A DNA stretch of 64,000 nt from Candidatus Poribacteria bacterium (GTDB lineage: Bacteria > Poribacteria > WGA-4E > PCPOR2b), in the NCBI GenBank assembly GCA_965218095.1, contig OZ244587.1:2912001-2976000 (forward strand). Direction: 5' to 3'. Shown here one piece after another: positions 47,868 to 59,216 of this stretch. The position numbers and the translations under genes were made by a program. Positions within the stretch are counted from its first letter, which is position 1. Each line of letters opens with the position of its first letter. The notes under the pieces are model-generated. The model was not told where the DNA came from. It ran no database searches and was given only the letters and a program-made list of their open reading frames with translations.

Positions 47868-48878
47868 ATGATCCGCGAAACGATTCAAAAAGTTGTTGAT
47901 GGACAAGACTTAACCGAGGGTGACACCGTTGATACCATGAATGAAATTATGAATGGCGAAGCGACACCGGCGCAAATCGCTTGCTTCATTACTGCCCTGC
48001 GAATCAAGGGCGAGACGATTGAAGAGATCACCGGTGCCGCGCGTGTCATGCGCGAAAAATCGACGAAGATCCGGACGAAACACCCATTCGTCGTTGATAC
48101 CTGCGGGACGGGCGGGGACAGTTCGCATACATTCAACATCTCGACGACTGCCGCATTTGTCGTTGTGGGAGCAGGTATTCCGGTGGCAAAGCACGGCAAC
48201 CGGTCTGTTTCCAGCAGCAGCGGCAGTGCAGATGTCCTCACGGCGCTGGGGGTCAATATCGAAATTACGCCGGAACAGGTAGCAGCGTGCATTGACGAAG
48301 TGGGAATCGGCTTTCTCTTGGCACCGGCTTTGCACGGTGCAATGAAATACGCAATCGGGCCCCGCCGCGAAATCGGTATCCGCACGATCTTCAACGCACT
48401 CGGTCCACTCACGAATCCCGCTGGCGCCCAGGCGCAAGTGATTGGGGTTTATGCACCGGAGCTTACAGAGCCATTGGCGAATGTCCTCAACAATCTTGGG
48501 AGTCGACATGCGTTTGTCGTACATGGCGGAGACGGCTTGGATGAAATCACTACGACAACGACGACGCGGGTTTCAGAGTTGGTGAGTGGTGCGGTCAAGA
48601 CGTACACAGTCGATTCGACAGAATTGGGCATCCCAACAGCGCAGTCCGCTGATCTCAAGGGTGGGACACCAGAGGAAAATGCTGAGTTGACGTTGAGTGT
48701 CCTCAGAGGCGAAGCAGGACCCAAGCGGGATATCGTGTTGCTCAATGCGGCTGCAGCGATTGTCGCTGGTGGGAAGGCTGAAGACCTGAAGGCGGGACTC
48801 GCGCTTGCAGCGGAATCGATTGATTCTGGGAAGGCGTTGGAGAAGTTGGAGGGATTGAAGGCGAGGTCGAATTCATAA
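47868..48878 (+). CDS. trpD: Anthranilate phosphoribosyltransferase
   Basis: [30 protein letters not shown]. Confidence 0.97.
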   Translation: MIRETIQKVVDGQDLTEGDTVDTMNEIMNGEATPAQIACFITALRIKGETIEEITGAARVMREKSTKIRTKHPFVVDTCGTGGDSSHTFNISTTAAFVVVGAGIPVAKHGNRSVSSSSGSADVLTALGVNIEITPEQVAACIDEVGIGFLLAPALHGAMKYAIGPRREIGIRTIFNALGPLTNPAGAQAQVIGVYAPELTEPLANVLNNLGSRHAFVVHGGDGLDEITTTTTTRVSELVSGAVKTYTVDSTELGIPTAQSADLKGGTPEENAELTLSVLRGEAGPKRDIVLLNAAAAIVAGGKAEDLKAGLALAAESIDSGKALEKLEGLKARSNS

Positions 48879-48917
48879 TACTTGTGAAGGAACTTGAGTT
48901 GAAGGAAAGGAAAGCCA

Positions 48918-49700
48918 TTGATCTTAGATACCATTGTTGCCCACAAACGGGTAGAACTCAAACAGGAACAACAACAGATTCCGTTGAGTGTTCTGAAAGA
49001 CAGGATTAGAGATCTGCCGCCGACGCGAGATTTTCGATCTTCGCTATCAACCCCGAATCACGTCAACCTCATTGCCGAAGTCAAAAAGAAGTCTCCAAGT
49101 AAAGGGATTATCCGCGAGGATTTTGATCCGGTCACGATCGCTGAAACTTATGCGGCAAATGGTGCGTCGGCAATCTCTGTCCTGACAGACCGCGAATTCT
49201 TCTGCGGTGAACTTGGGTATCTGTGCGCCATCCGTAAAGCGGTCGATTTGCCGCTTCTGCGTAAAGATTTCACCATTGACCCGTATCATATCTATCAAGC
49301 TCGGGTTGCGGGCACCGACGCTATCTTGCTCATTGTCTCGATCTTGAGGTTAGCTCAACTGCGTGAATTCATCGAAATTGCGCAAAGCCTTGGTCTCGCC
49401 AGCCTTGTCGAAGTCCATACCGACGAAGAGTTAGAACTTGCATTGGCAGCAGATGCGGAGATCATCGGCATTAACAACCGTGATCTGAAAACCTTCCATA
49501 CAAACATGGTAACTACTCTCCGTTTGAGAAAATCGATCCCAGATGATAAAATCGTCGTGAGTGAAAGTGGCATCAATACCCACGAGGATGTTGTGAAACT
49601 CAAGGAAGCGGGAGTCAACGCGATTCTCGTCGGGGAGTCTTTAATGCGGAGTCCGGACATCGGGTACAAAGTCAGGGAATTATCAGGAACGCAGGCTTAA
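48918..49700 (+). CDS. trpC: Indole-3-glycerol phosphate synthase
   Basis: IAEVKKKSPSKG, LRKDF, GINNRDL, VSESGI. Confidence 0.97.
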   Translation: MILDTIVAHKRVELKQEQQQIPLSVLKDRIRDLPPTRDFRSSLSTPNHVNLIAEVKKKSPSKGIIREDFDPVTIAETYAANGASAISVLTDREFFCGELGYLCAIRKAVDLPLLRKDFTIDPYHIYQARVAGTDAILLIVSILRLAQLREFIEIAQSLGLASLVEVHTDEELELALAADAEIIGINNRDLKTFHTNMVTTLRLRKSIPDDKIVVSESGINTHEDVVKLKEAGVNAILVGESLMRSPDIGYKVRELSGTQA

Positions 49701-49701
49701 A

Positions 49702-51618
49702 TTGAATTCATTTTCTTGTTTTTCCGTTTCACAGTTTCTTCTTGTCTATCTTCTATGCACAGTTCCTTCCGCGTTTGGGACAATCGAGATCGAATCTGCT
49801 GAACTTGGGTTTGATCGGATTTACAAGCGCGATCGATGGACGCCATTGCAAGTCGTCGTCACAAGCCATAACGAGGTTTTCAATGGGGAGATCAACGTCG
49901 AAGTCCACAACCTCTTTTCGGGGGAGTTGATTCAAGCGTATGCTGCCCCCCTCTCTCTGACACGATCCGATCGCCAACGCCGTGTACTCTACATTTTCCT
50001 GTCGGGGATTTCGACCAAACTGATACTGAAGCTCATTAGCCAGGAGAGGCGAATCCGAACCTCTCAAGAAGTCGTCCCTGAACTTCCAAAACAGGCGATA
50101 GATCTCGTCGTGCTTGCACTAACACCTGGCCGTGATCTGTTGAGCCGCTGGAATGGAGAGCAAATCAGTGGGACAGAGGAGGGGCACGCTTTTGTCGCTT
50201 ATACCGACTTCAAGCATCTCCCCGCCCATTGGAAAGGATACGATTCCGTTGATCTCTTCGTCCTTCGTGGCGTTTCGTTGATTGAGCGCCGCATTTCTAA
50301 GCAACAGCAGCGGGCATTGCTCGATTGGATCCAGGCGGGGGGAACCTTACTCATATCGGGAGGTATCGATTTCCGCCACCTACGTGGGAGTTTTCTCGAA
50401 TCTTTTCTGCCCGTGGATCTCGTTGCCTTGCGAACGGAAACCGATCTCTTGGAATCGATGCAGCAATTCGGGTTTGAAGCAAGTTCACCCTTCGATCTGA
50501 TCGAATTCAAACTGAAATCTGACGTTCAAGCATTCGTCGGTAACGAAAGCCAAATCTACATTGCGAAAAGATCATTTGGCAGCGGACAGATCATCAATCT
50601 GGCATTTGACTACAACGTACCCCCTTTTTCTGAGCCGCCGGCGGCGGGGGCATTTTGGGGGTGGCTGCTCCAAGCGGAGGGCAGATCGCCGCACCACACT
50701 GAAGTGCAATACGAAACCTACCGCAGACATCGCGAGAAGATTCAAAAACTGCTGACGACCCTTCCTTCGACAAACGCACCGCTGATCCGGTTATTAGCCA
50801 TTTTCCTGGTCGCTTATGTTCTGAGTTTTGGCGGGTGGACATGGTGGGCGAGGAAGCGCAAATCACGCGCATATTGGATCGGCGGCTTCCTGATCACAGT
50901 GCTGTTCTCCTGTGCTGTGATCGTTCCACGAAATTTCGTGCCAAGTTTGGTATCCGCTAATCGCTTTTCGATTTTATCCGTCTATCCTGAAAGAAATCGC
51001 GCTCACTTGCAGACCTATATCGGACTAATCGCTTCAGCCAGGTCTGAAACGTCGATCCAGTTTCAAGGAGGCGCCTTCACCAGGCCGTTGACGCCAACTG
51101 CTACACCGGCCTTGCAGCTCGTTGAGGCGAAAGATTTTCAACTCCGGGCTGCTTCCTTAGATCCGTGGGTGACGCGAGCCTACTTCACAGAGTCTTTCAT
51201 AGACCTCTTGGCCCCGCGCGCGCTCCCACGCGCTGCATGGAAACGCCATGCGCTGCGCAGCAATAATGGAGAAAGCGATGCTATGCAAATTCAACATCAT
51301 TTTCCGCACGTGCTGGAATACGCATGGCTGATTGATGATGGCAAATACGTCTACCTCGGATCGGCGCCGCCCGATACTGTCATTGAAATTAAGGAAAGTC
51401 CCCAAAAATACCGGCGGCTTCCACTCCCTCAAAGGCTGTCTGGGAGGCGAAAGCAGTTCGTACAAATTCTTGTCGGCGAAGGCCTTCTGAGGTATCTCAC
51501 TCAAGAAGAAGGACTAAACCTCGTTGGTTGGACGCGGGAATCGTTCCTGCCAACGAGGCTGAACCATCCGGTGGATGCTGTTGACGAAACGCTCGTGATC
51601 TTATATTTGGGGGATTGA
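49702..51618 (+). CDS. Membrane-anchored hypothetical protein with a GATase-like domain
   Basis: Signal peptide, QQRALLDWIQAGGTLLISGG, two central TM helices. Confidence 0.75.
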   Translation: MNSFSCFSVSQFLLVYLLCTVPSAFGTIEIESAELGFDRIYKRDRWTPLQVVVTSHNEVFNGEINVEVHNLFSGELIQAYAAPLSLTRSDRQRRVLYIFLSGISTKLILKLISQERRIRTSQEVVPELPKQAIDLVVLALTPGRDLLSRWNGEQISGTEEGHAFVAYTDFKHLPAHWKGYDSVDLFVLRGVSLIERRISKQQQRALLDWIQAGGTLLISGGIDFRHLRGSFLESFLPVDLVALRTETDLLESMQQFGFEASSPFDLIEFKLKSDVQAFVGNESQIYIAKRSFGSGQIINLAFDYNVPPFSEPPAAGAFWGWLLQAEGRSPHHTEVQYETYRRHREKIQKLLTTLPSTNAPLIRLLAIFLVAYVLSFGGWTWWARKRKSRAYWIGGFLITVLFSCAVIVPRNFVPSLVSANRFSILSVYPERNRAHLQTYIGLIASARSETSIQFQGGAFTRPLTPTATPALQLVEAKDFQLRAASLDPWVTRAYFTESFIDLLAPRALPRAAWKRHALRSNNGESDAMQIQHHFPHVLEYAWLIDDGKYVYLGSAPPDTVIEIKESPQKYRRLPLPQRLSGRRKQFVQILVGEGLLRYLTQEEGLNLVGWTRESFLPTRLNHPVDAVDETLVILYLGD

Positions 51619-51946
51619 AAACAGAGTAGTACACGTCGGCAGAAATATGTGGACAGTTACAGTGGAGCCCCGATAAATCGGGATGTAAACACCTGCCGTG
51701 CTCGTCCGAGAATCGGACTGGCTGGTTCAATCGTTCGAGTTGAGGAACGGGCGAGCCGCCCGCTCTACGGGAAAACATCAACTGCCTGTGAACTTCTGCC
51801 GCGATGTAGTAGTATCCGTCCTGAGTGTTGCTGAATGGCATCTAACCACCAGGACACAAAGGAAATCAAAAAGATTAATTTGAAAATCTTCGTGTCTTTG
51901 TGATTATGGGCACCACCAAAAACAAGGAGATAAGAAATACGATCCA

Positions 51947-52891
51947 ATGGCCCATCGTCCATCCCCGAATTTTACATATTTTTGCCTGCTAACTCTCCTA
52001 ATCGTTTATGCGCCCTCATTGCATGGCGAAACTGAGGATTCATGGAAAATGCTCAAAAGCACACATTTCCAGATCTACCACCAGCCATACGAGCGACTTG
52101 CACAAGATGTCGCAGATATCGCTGAGAAGTTCTACCCTCGCTTGGATCGCCTGATTGGTGGGGTGGAGATGGGCAAGATCGAGATCTGGATTTGCGAAAC
52201 TCAGAAGCAATTTCAGTCCGCTGTCCATGCTCCCATTCAAGACTGGGCAATCGGCTGCGCATTCCCACTCAGTCGGCGCATTGTGATTCAGAATCCGCGT
52301 GTTGTCATCGAACGAAAATTCCAATTGTCACAGGTCATCCGTCACGAAATTGTACATGTCGCTTTTGGGCAACGCACGAAAGCCGCAATCGGAGATATCC
52401 CCTTGTGGTTTGTTGAGGGGATTGCAATTTATCTTTCCGGTGAGTGGGCGCCTCACCGTCACGAAGTCATGTTTGAGCACATCTTATCGGGGTCAATCAT
52501 TCCGCTTGCTAACTTGACGGAGCGATTTCCGCGATCTGAAAAGCTGGCTCAACTGGCATATGCAGAGAGTTTGAATGCGGTTGCGTGGCTGGCGGAAATT
52601 GCGGGAATCGAAAAACTGTGGGAAATTATTGATCTGCTTGGAGAGGGAAGCGACTTGGACACGGCTTATAAAAAGGTGATTGGCTGGAATCTCACAACAT
52701 TTGACGTGGAATGGCGATCATCGCTTTCTCAGCGTTACCATTGGGCAGCGATATTCTCAAGCTCTTATCTCTTCTGGGGAAGTCTTGCATTGCTGTCTAT
52801 TCCCATCTACCTGCGATGGCGTCAGCGTGCGCGACAACGACTGACTGAACTTGACCGACAGGAATCACAGGTAGATGCGTTTTTTAAGTAG
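51947..52891 (+). CDS. Peptidase MA-like zinc metallohydrolase
   Basis: HEIVH...PLWFVEGIA...LAYAES; C-terminal TM. Confidence 0.88.
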   Translation: MAHRPSPNFTYFCLLTLLIVYAPSLHGETEDSWKMLKSTHFQIYHQPYERLAQDVADIAEKFYPRLDRLIGGVEMGKIEIWICETQKQFQSAVHAPIQDWAIGCAFPLSRRIVIQNPRVVIERKFQLSQVIRHEIVHVAFGQRTKAAIGDIPLWFVEGIAIYLSGEWAPHRHEVMFEHILSGSIIPLANLTERFPRSEKLAQLAYAESLNAVAWLAEIAGIEKLWEIIDLLGEGSDLDTAYKKVIGWNLTTFDVEWRSSLSQRYHWAAIFSSSYLFWGSLALLSIPIYLRWRQRARQRLTELDRQESQVDAFFK

Positions 52892-52900
52892 GCATCACGT

Positions 52901-54439
52901 TCACTCCCACTCAATCGTGCTTGGCGGCTTAGAACTAATATCGTAAACAACGCGATTGATGCCACGCACCTCGTTGATGATGCGATTGGAGATGACGCCC
53001 AATACGTCGTGGGGAATCTTCGCCCAATCCGCGGTCATGCCATCGGTGCTCGTCACCGCCCGTAGCGCCACAACATTTTCGTAGGTTCGCTCATCGCCCA
53101 TCACACCGACGCTCTTGACCGGCAGAAGCACGGTCAACGCCTGCCAGATCTCGTCGTATAGCTCCGCTCTCCGAAGTTCCGTGATGAAAATTTCATCTGC
53201 CTCTCGCAAAATGTCAAGACGTTCTTGTGTCACCGGACCGAGCACGCGGACGGCTAAACCAGGGCCGGGAAACGGGTGCCGCCCAAGGACTGATTTCGGG
53301 ATGCCTAGCGCTGATCCAACTTCTCGGACTTCATCTTTGAATAGTTCGCGAAAGGGTTCGATTAGTTTGAACGGCAGATCTTTGGGGAGCCCACCCACAT
53401 TATGGTGTGTCTTGATTGTCGCCGAGGGTCCCCTGGTGGATACACTTTCGATCACGTCGGGATAGAGCGTACCTTGTGCGAGGAAGTCGATCTGCCCGAT
53501 TTTTGCCAATCCTTCTTTGAAAACCTCAATGAACTGATTGCCGATAATCTTGCGCTTCTGCTCCGGGCTTTCAATGCCGGAAAGGTATTCGAGAAATCGG
53601 TCGGCGGCATCGACATAATAGACATCAATGCCGAGCTCTTGAAAGGTTGCCAACACTTCCTCCGCTTCATTTTTGCGTAACAGGCCGTTGTCCACAAAAA
53701 CGCAGGCGAGCGCGTCGCCGATAGCATGTTTGAGCAGCGTTGCGAGCACCGTCGAATCCACGCCTCCGCTCACGGCGCATAACACGCGAGCCCCTTGCGT
53801 TGTGGCTCGGGTGTGCTCTGTGGCTTCTGCGATGAAGGATTGCATTGTCCATCCCTCGCTGCACCCACAGATTTCATGGACAAAGTTCGCGAGCATCCGG
53901 TTATCGTCCTTCGTGTGGACAACCTCCGGGTGGAACTGCAAACCGTAGATGTCCTGGTCTAGATCCGCCATCGCCGCAATCGGTGAGTTTCGGGTATGGG
54001 CAATCACATTGAATCCGTCGGGCAGGACGTCGATCCGATCGCCGTGACTCATCCAGACATTGATCTGCTTCGGTAGGTCCGCAAACAAAGGGATTGGCAG
54101 ATCTACAATCAGCTCTGCCGAACCGAATTCGCGTTCAACGGCAGGGTGCACTTTCCCACCCGGGGAAAGGTGCGCGATAAACTGCATACCGTAACAGATG
54201 CCGAGAATCGGTACGCCGAGCGTTAAGAGCTCAGGGTCGGGAAACGGCGCATCCGGAGCGTAGACACTCGATGGCCCCCCGGATAAAACAATGCCTTTTG
54301 GCCACATTGATGTCAGCCGATCCACCAGAATGTTGTAGGGGTGGATTTCACAGTACACCTTTTGTTCGCGGATACACCGTGCAATCAACTGCGTATACTG
54401 CGAACCGAAATCTAAAACAACGATAGTTTCGCGTTTCAT
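52901..54439 (-). CDS. guaA: GMP synthase (glutamine-hydrolysing)
   Basis: [35 protein letters not shown]. Confidence 0.98.
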   Translation of the reverse strand: MKRETIVVLDFGSQYTQLIARCIREQKVYCEIHPYNILVDRLTSMWPKGIVLSGGPSSVYAPDAPFPDPELLTLGVPILGICYGMQFIAHLSPGGKVHPAVEREFGSAELIVDLPIPLFADLPKQINVWMSHGDRIDVLPDGFNVIAHTRNSPIAAMADLDQDIYGLQFHPEVVHTKDDNRMLANFVHEICGCSEGWTMQSFIAEATEHTRATTQGARVLCAVSGGVDSTVLATLLKHAIGDALACVFVDNGLLRKNEAEEVLATFQELGIDVYYVDAADRFLEYLSGIESPEQKRKIIGNQFIEVFKEGLAKIGQIDFLAQGTLYPDVIESVSTRGPSATIKTHHNVGGLPKDLPFKLIEPFRELFKDEVREVGSALGIPKSVLGRHPFPGPGLAVRVLGPVTQERLDILREADEIFITELRRAELYDEIWQALTVLLPVKSVGVMGDERTYENVVALRAVTSTDGMTADWAKIPHDVLGVISNRIINEVRGINRVVYDISSKPPSTIEWE

Positions 54440-54487
54440 TGATCTTGACCTTCTATCGGATATTTGCTCATTTGCATATTTGCTTAT

Positions 54488-55162
54488 TCACTCCTGATTA
54501 CAGTTGCTCAATCGCCCACTTTGCATATCTGGCAATCTTTTTCCAGTCTTCGGACGGATTTGCCTCCAACTCTCTGAGCGCGGGAAGCGTGCGTATCCTC
54601 GATCAGACCAACTGATGTTGGTCTTCGACGAAAATCTGCAAGAGTGCCGACACCGCCTTTCGGGTTGGCTATCCGGGTCCGCCACAGGGCACAAATCAGG
54701 GCAGATTGGGCGACTCATTAACGTGTCCGGATAGAAGTTCCTGCAACCGAGTAGCCCCTCCTGATACTTCTCCTCCAAGAAATTAGCCATATCGGTCTCA
54801 CTGTCAAACCAGAAATCTGAAGCCCGTTCGGAAATGCTAATGATAATCTCATTATTCCAAATCAAACAAGCAATAGTCTGCCATTCATAGTCAGCGTCAA
54901 TAACAGGTTGGAAGACAGGTGCTTGATCGAGATGATTCCATCTCGCGCTGTTTTCCGACAGGGCCTCGCCGATAGTCTCAAGAGGATAGAAAAACTTACG
55001 CCGAATCTGAACAAGTGCATCTTCTGCCAATAGCAACCCGAGTGGAACGGAAGCAGGAGCGTCGTCAAGATAGGCATGAGCAAAGTTAAGTGTTGTTCCT
55101 GACAACCATCCAGATCGTTCTACTTTTTGCTTCAGTTTTTTTAATAATCTGCTGCCTGTCAT
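54488..55162 (-). CDS. Hypothetical protein; 3' part probably read-through after a frameshift
   Basis: GAGGTG RBS 18 bp after the HNH gene; sequence looks non-protein-like after about EEKYQE. Confidence 0.5.
   Translation of the reverse strand: MTGSRLLKKLKQKVERSGWLSGTTLNFAHAYLDDAPASVPLGLLLAEDALVQIRRKFFYPLETIGEALSENSARWNHLDQAPVFQPVIDADYEWQTIACLIWNNEIIISISERASDFWFDSETDMANFLEEKYQEGLLGCRNFYPDTLMSRPICPDLCPVADPDSQPERRCRHSCRFSSKTNISWSDRGYARFPRSESWRQIRPKTGKRLPDMQSGRLSNCNQE
54498..54690 (-). pseudogene. HEAT-repeat C-terminal remnant
   Basis: KAVSALLQIFVEDQHQLV*...LPALREL...IARYAKWAIEQL* in a frame overlapping the tail of ORF 54488-55162. Confidence 0.35.
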
Positions 55163-55180
55163 GGTTCACCTCATTTATTC

Positions 55181-56308
55181 TCAATCAATAAAGACATTCT
55201 CGTTATGCCACTCTAAGGCTGGTGTTGCAGGTGCACACTCCGGATTAACGGTAGAACGAATCGGTTGTTCAGCATACTGAACTATCTGAGCCCCTGATGG
55301 ATCTGCACTGTGTGCCTTGATGTAAGCTGCAACTCGGATTGTCAAGTCGGAGGAGAGAACTGAAATTACACCTTTATCAAACGCCCAATGATGGATACCA
55401 CACAGTCCAATTCCATTCCGCGGATCGTCAGTTCCTCGCTTACTGCGTGGGATGATATGCGCAGCTTGGATTTCATACACGTTATCAGGCGTACTAAGAC
55501 GAAAGTTACAAACCGCACAGGCATAGTTATACTGTTTGACAACGGCATAGTTATACTGTTTGACAACAATATTACGGAAGACGCGACTGCGGACGTAGGC
55601 TTGACGCGACGACTTTATCCGCGCAACCGTCTTATCGAAGGTAGTGAAAGGAGCGTCAATCTGTGCGCGAATGATTTTCTCCTCCGCCTGAATTTCGTCG
55701 GAGCTCAAAAGTAGAGATTCAGGCGGGTGTTCGGCCATAAATTGTTGCCCTTCAGTGGTAAGCCGAAATTTGCCATTCTCAACCTCAATAACGCCGAATG
55801 CACGTAGCCAGTCCACACGGATACGAAATTGATTGGAGATGTGGCGTTCTCCCCAGCAACGCATTCGATGAAAACGACTACTTGTGGTTGCGAACCATTC
55901 TAGCAGCAAAACCTCCGTTGGCAGTTCATCGCGGTTCTGCAAGATTTCCATTATCTCTATCAATCCAACAAAGTTTTTTGCAAAGGCCTCCAATAGGCGA
56001 TCATACGAGGATGAATGGAGTACGATGTAACCGTCGCGGGTGAGCCGACACTTACCGTTTTCGACTTCCACCAAACCCGGCCCGCTCAGAAGGACAGAGT
56101 AGATGTTTTGGGCATATTTATCAACCAGAGGCTTACGGGAACGAAACGCTATCTGTAGCCATTTCCAAACTTCACTTCTTTGAGATGGCCGCGAATTATG
56201 AATCCATTTTAGCGTGTGTAGCAAATTAAACGCTTGTTGTTCGACACCGCCAACCATTGGATAACATACAAACTTAACACGATTGTTGGAAGTTGATTTT
56301 CGGTTCAT
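55181..56308 (-). CDS. HNH endonuclease (putative restriction enzyme) with winged-helix-like N-terminus
   Basis: CAVC...IQAAHIIP...DDPRNGIGLC..HHWAFDKG...LEWH. Confidence 0.88.
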   Translation of the reverse strand: MNRKSTSNNRVKFVCYPMVGGVEQQAFNLLHTLKWIHNSRPSQRSEVWKWLQIAFRSRKPLVDKYAQNIYSVLLSGPGLVEVENGKCRLTRDGYIVLHSSSYDRLLEAFAKNFVGLIEIMEILQNRDELPTEVLLLEWFATTSSRFHRMRCWGERHISNQFRIRVDWLRAFGVIEVENGKFRLTTEGQQFMAEHPPESLLLSSDEIQAEEKIIRAQIDAPFTTFDKTVARIKSSRQAYVRSRVFRNIVVKQYNYAVVKQYNYACAVCNFRLSTPDNVYEIQAAHIIPRSKRGTDDPRNGIGLCGIHHWAFDKGVISVLSSDLTIRVAAYIKAHSADPSGAQIVQYAEQPIRSTVNPECAPATPALEWHNENVFID

Positions 56309-56499
56309 TAGACTATTGTCTCCTAATAAAACGTAATTCGAGCAACATCTTCTCATCCTTCAGCAGATCTTCCCGCAATTTAGACGTGAAAAGTTGACGA
56401 ATCTGCTGTTTCCACTGCGCTTCATTTTCATCTGTCCAGGCATTTATCGATTCTTTCATTGGCTTACGGGTTCCCTTTTTATCACCTGCATTTCACGTT

Positions 56500-57765
56500 T
56501 TACGTTTCACGATACGGTCCCGCGATTGCGATGCTGCATAGGTCTGGGTGTAGATATTTCTGGGCAACCGCGTTCACCTGAGCACGGGTGATGCTCCGGT
56601 AAATTGATTCGTGCCTCTCAAGATAGTCGAGCCCCAACCCGTATAGCTCCGCCGATAGGAGAACCGCGGCGATTCCCCTGTTGGTTTCGAGTGCCAGCGC
56701 AAAATTTCCGACAATTAGGTTCTGCGCGTCCGACAATTCTTCCCTCGTGATACCGTCGGATTTCATCAATTCGATTTCGTGCAGGATACTGTTAATGGCT
56801 TTATCCACGTTGGCTGGGTTGACGCCCGCACTTGCATGGAAAAGCCCTTCGCCGATTGATGGAGTGAATGAACTCCACACGCTGTATGCGAGCCCTTGCA
56901 CATCACGTACACGACCAAACAAGCGAGCAATCCCCGCGCTTCCGCCTAAGATGGTGTTCATGAGATTGATAGTGTAAAAGTCTGGATTTGTTCGGGCAAT
57001 TCCTTTATGCCCCAACTCGATATTCACTTGTGATTTGTCCATCATTGGTTTGACCACAATCTGCTTTTCACCATATTCCACCGCCGGTATAGTGAAAGGT
57101 GGCTTTTCGCTACCTACCGCCCAATCCCCCATTGCGGCGTCAATTTTTTCAATGAGCTCCTGTGTCTCCACATCGCCAACAATCGCCAGGATGAACGAAT
57201 CGGGCCGATAGTAACACGCATGAAAATCAACCAGTGCGTCCCTCTGGATGCGTTTGACCGATTCTTCCGTCCCCTGTACACGCCAATGGTAAGGGTGCGC
57301 GTCAGAGTAAACAACCTCTCGAAGCAGCCGATCCGCAGCGTCATCGGTTTCATCCTCCCATGCCTTGAGCCAACTATAAACCTGATGACGGTGTTTTTCG
57401 ATCTCCTCTTGCGGGAAGTTGGGAGCGCGCAAGATGTCGGCGAGTACGTCAAGCACCCGATCCAAATCCTTTGACAGCAGACGTCCCTCAATGCTCACCG
57501 TCTCGGTATTCCCCGCAACGCTCATATTTGCACCGACAGATTCGGTCGCCTCGGCGATTTCTTCCCACGTCCGCTTCTCAGTTCCCTTCGTCAGCATGTT
57601 GGCGACGACATCCGAGAGGCCGTAAAGATTTTGACGGTCATACATGCTGCCAGCTTTCAACCGTCCACTAATTGCAACAGTTTGATTGAAATGGTTCTCT
57701 CGGATGAGCAGCGTCAAACCATTGTCAAATACGTGACGTGTGGCTGGCGACTGATGATTAGTCAT
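56500..57765 (-). CDS. M16 peptidase, non-catalytic subunit
   Basis: M16 fold lacking HxxEH; RLFGRVRDVQGLAY. Confidence 0.9.
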   Translation of the reverse strand: MTNHQSPATRHVFDNGLTLLIRENHFNQTVAISGRLKAGSMYDRQNLYGLSDVVANMLTKGTEKRTWEEIAEATESVGANMSVAGNTETVSIEGRLLSKDLDRVLDVLADILRAPNFPQEEIEKHRHQVYSWLKAWEDETDDAADRLLREVVYSDAHPYHWRVQGTEESVKRIQRDALVDFHACYYRPDSFILAIVGDVETQELIEKIDAAMGDWAVGSEKPPFTIPAVEYGEKQIVVKPMMDKSQVNIELGHKGIARTNPDFYTINLMNTILGGSAGIARLFGRVRDVQGLAYSVWSSFTPSIGEGLFHASAGVNPANVDKAINSILHEIELMKSDGITREELSDAQNLIVGNFALALETNRGIAAVLLSAELYGLGLDYLERHESIYRSITRAQVNAVAQKYLHPDLCSIAIAGPYRET

Positions 57766-59116
57766 TTTTCAATTCCTCCTTAGGGTTGAAAAAAGCGGGC
57801 TGTCTCGTGTGATGCAGAGCGGGTGCAGCATATTCGCCAGATGTGCCACCATGACCCGGTGAAATTGGTTGAAAATATCCAACCGTGCGGTTCTCTTCAA
57901 TGAGGTACTTCTGGGCAGCTTCACGAATTTGCTCGCGGGTGACGGACCGAATGTTGTCGAGATAGGTATCCAGGTATTTGTAATCGTAGATTGTTTCGTA
58001 GTAGCCAATCTGCGCCGCTTGATTTGAGACGCTGTCGAGGGAGAAGATGAAATGTGCCTCTGTTTGGCTGATTGCCTTTTCCAGTTCGGCTTCTGTGATG
58101 CGCTCATTTTGGATGTGGTCTATCTGCTCTAACAGTGCCTTTTCGAGCGTAGTTGGATCGACATTGACCTGTGCCTCTGCGAAAGTCCAGGCCAGTCCGG
58201 CATCTTTGGAAAAATCTGGATAAAAATAGGCGGAAGTTGCCAACTGCTTATCAACCAAGGCGCCGTAAAAGCGTGAAGTTTTACCCATACTCAGAACTGT
58301 GCTAATCGTTTCCAGTGGATAGAAGTCTGGATGCCCGGCTGCGGGGATGTGATAGACGATGGCAACGTAGGCGAGTGTTCCCTCCTTACGAACGGTGACA
58401 CGTCTTTCGCCCTGCTGCTCTGGTTCAATCGTTGATGGGCCTGTGATTGACTCCCCGCGAGCGAGAGGACCAAAATGGGTTTCGACCTGTTTCATCAGGT
58501 TGTCCGTATCGAAGTCCCCAACAAGGACGAGGGTTGCATTATTCGGAATGTAACACTGGTGGTAGTAATTGTAGAGGTCATCGCGGGTCATCGTTTTAAG
58601 GTCTGAGGGCCAGCCGATGATACCCCATTGATACGGGTGCGCTTTGTACGCGATTGCCTGAACCTCCTCCCTCAACACGAATTGGGGCGTATTTTCGTAC
58701 CCTTCGCGTTCTGAAAGGATCACCGTGCGTTCTGCTTCAACCTCATCCGGATCAAAAACGCTGTTCTGCATCCGATCCGACTCCAACGCGAGCGCGACCG
58801 AAATTTTGTCCGCAGGCAGGGTTTCATAATAAGCCGTATAGTCAGTGCTCGTAAACGCATTCCATCTGCCGCCGTTGCCTTCGATGACGCGACCGAGTTC
58901 CTCTTTCGGGAACTTCGGTGTACCTTTGAAAAGCATGTGCTCCACCCAATGGGAGACACCTGTCAGACCAGGTCGTTCATTGCGCGATCCCACTTTGTAC
59001 CAGATATAACTGCTGACAACCCGAGCGGCATGAACCTCCTTCGCCAACACTTTTAATCCATTTGCCAACTCATGCTCAATGATTTCAGAACGGTTTTCAT
59101 TTTGTTTTGTCGTCAA
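57758..59116 (-). CDS. M16 peptidase, catalytic subunit
   Basis: GVSHWVEHMLFKGT, NAFT; overlaps the partner's start. Confidence 0.93.
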   Translation of the reverse strand: MTTKQNENRSEIIEHELANGLKVLAKEVHAARVVSSYIWYKVGSRNERPGLTGVSHWVEHMLFKGTPKFPKEELGRVIEGNGGRWNAFTSTDYTAYYETLPADKISVALALESDRMQNSVFDPDEVEAERTVILSEREGYENTPQFVLREEVQAIAYKAHPYQWGIIGWPSDLKTMTRDDLYNYYHQCYIPNNATLVLVGDFDTDNLMKQVETHFGPLARGESITGPSTIEPEQQGERRVTVRKEGTLAYVAIVYHIPAAGHPDFYPLETISTVLSMGKTSRFYGALVDKQLATSAYFYPDFSKDAGLAWTFAEAQVNVDPTTLEKALLEQIDHIQNERITEAELEKAISQTEAHFIFSLDSVSNQAAQIGYYETIYDYKYLDTYLDNIRSVTREQIREAAQKYLIEENRTVGYFQPISPGHGGTSGEYAAPALHHTRQPAFFNPKEELKND

Positions 59117-59216
59117 TATGATTTCCTCCGAGTTTAAGAGATTGATTCGGGATACAGGGGTTCAAGAATCTAAATGCAATCTTGTCCGCTTGATCGTTGT
59201 ATCCTTTTTTCACGTT

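Noticed and set aside
47594-47899. 101-aa ORF upstream of trpD as a leader peptide
   Set aside because: It spans the predicted promoter, overlaps trpD out of frame, and has no tandem Trp codons or terminator.
52880-52920. Genomic island integrated at the guaA 3' end
   Set aside because: guaA converges directly on a peptidase gene; no integrase or att duplication is visible.
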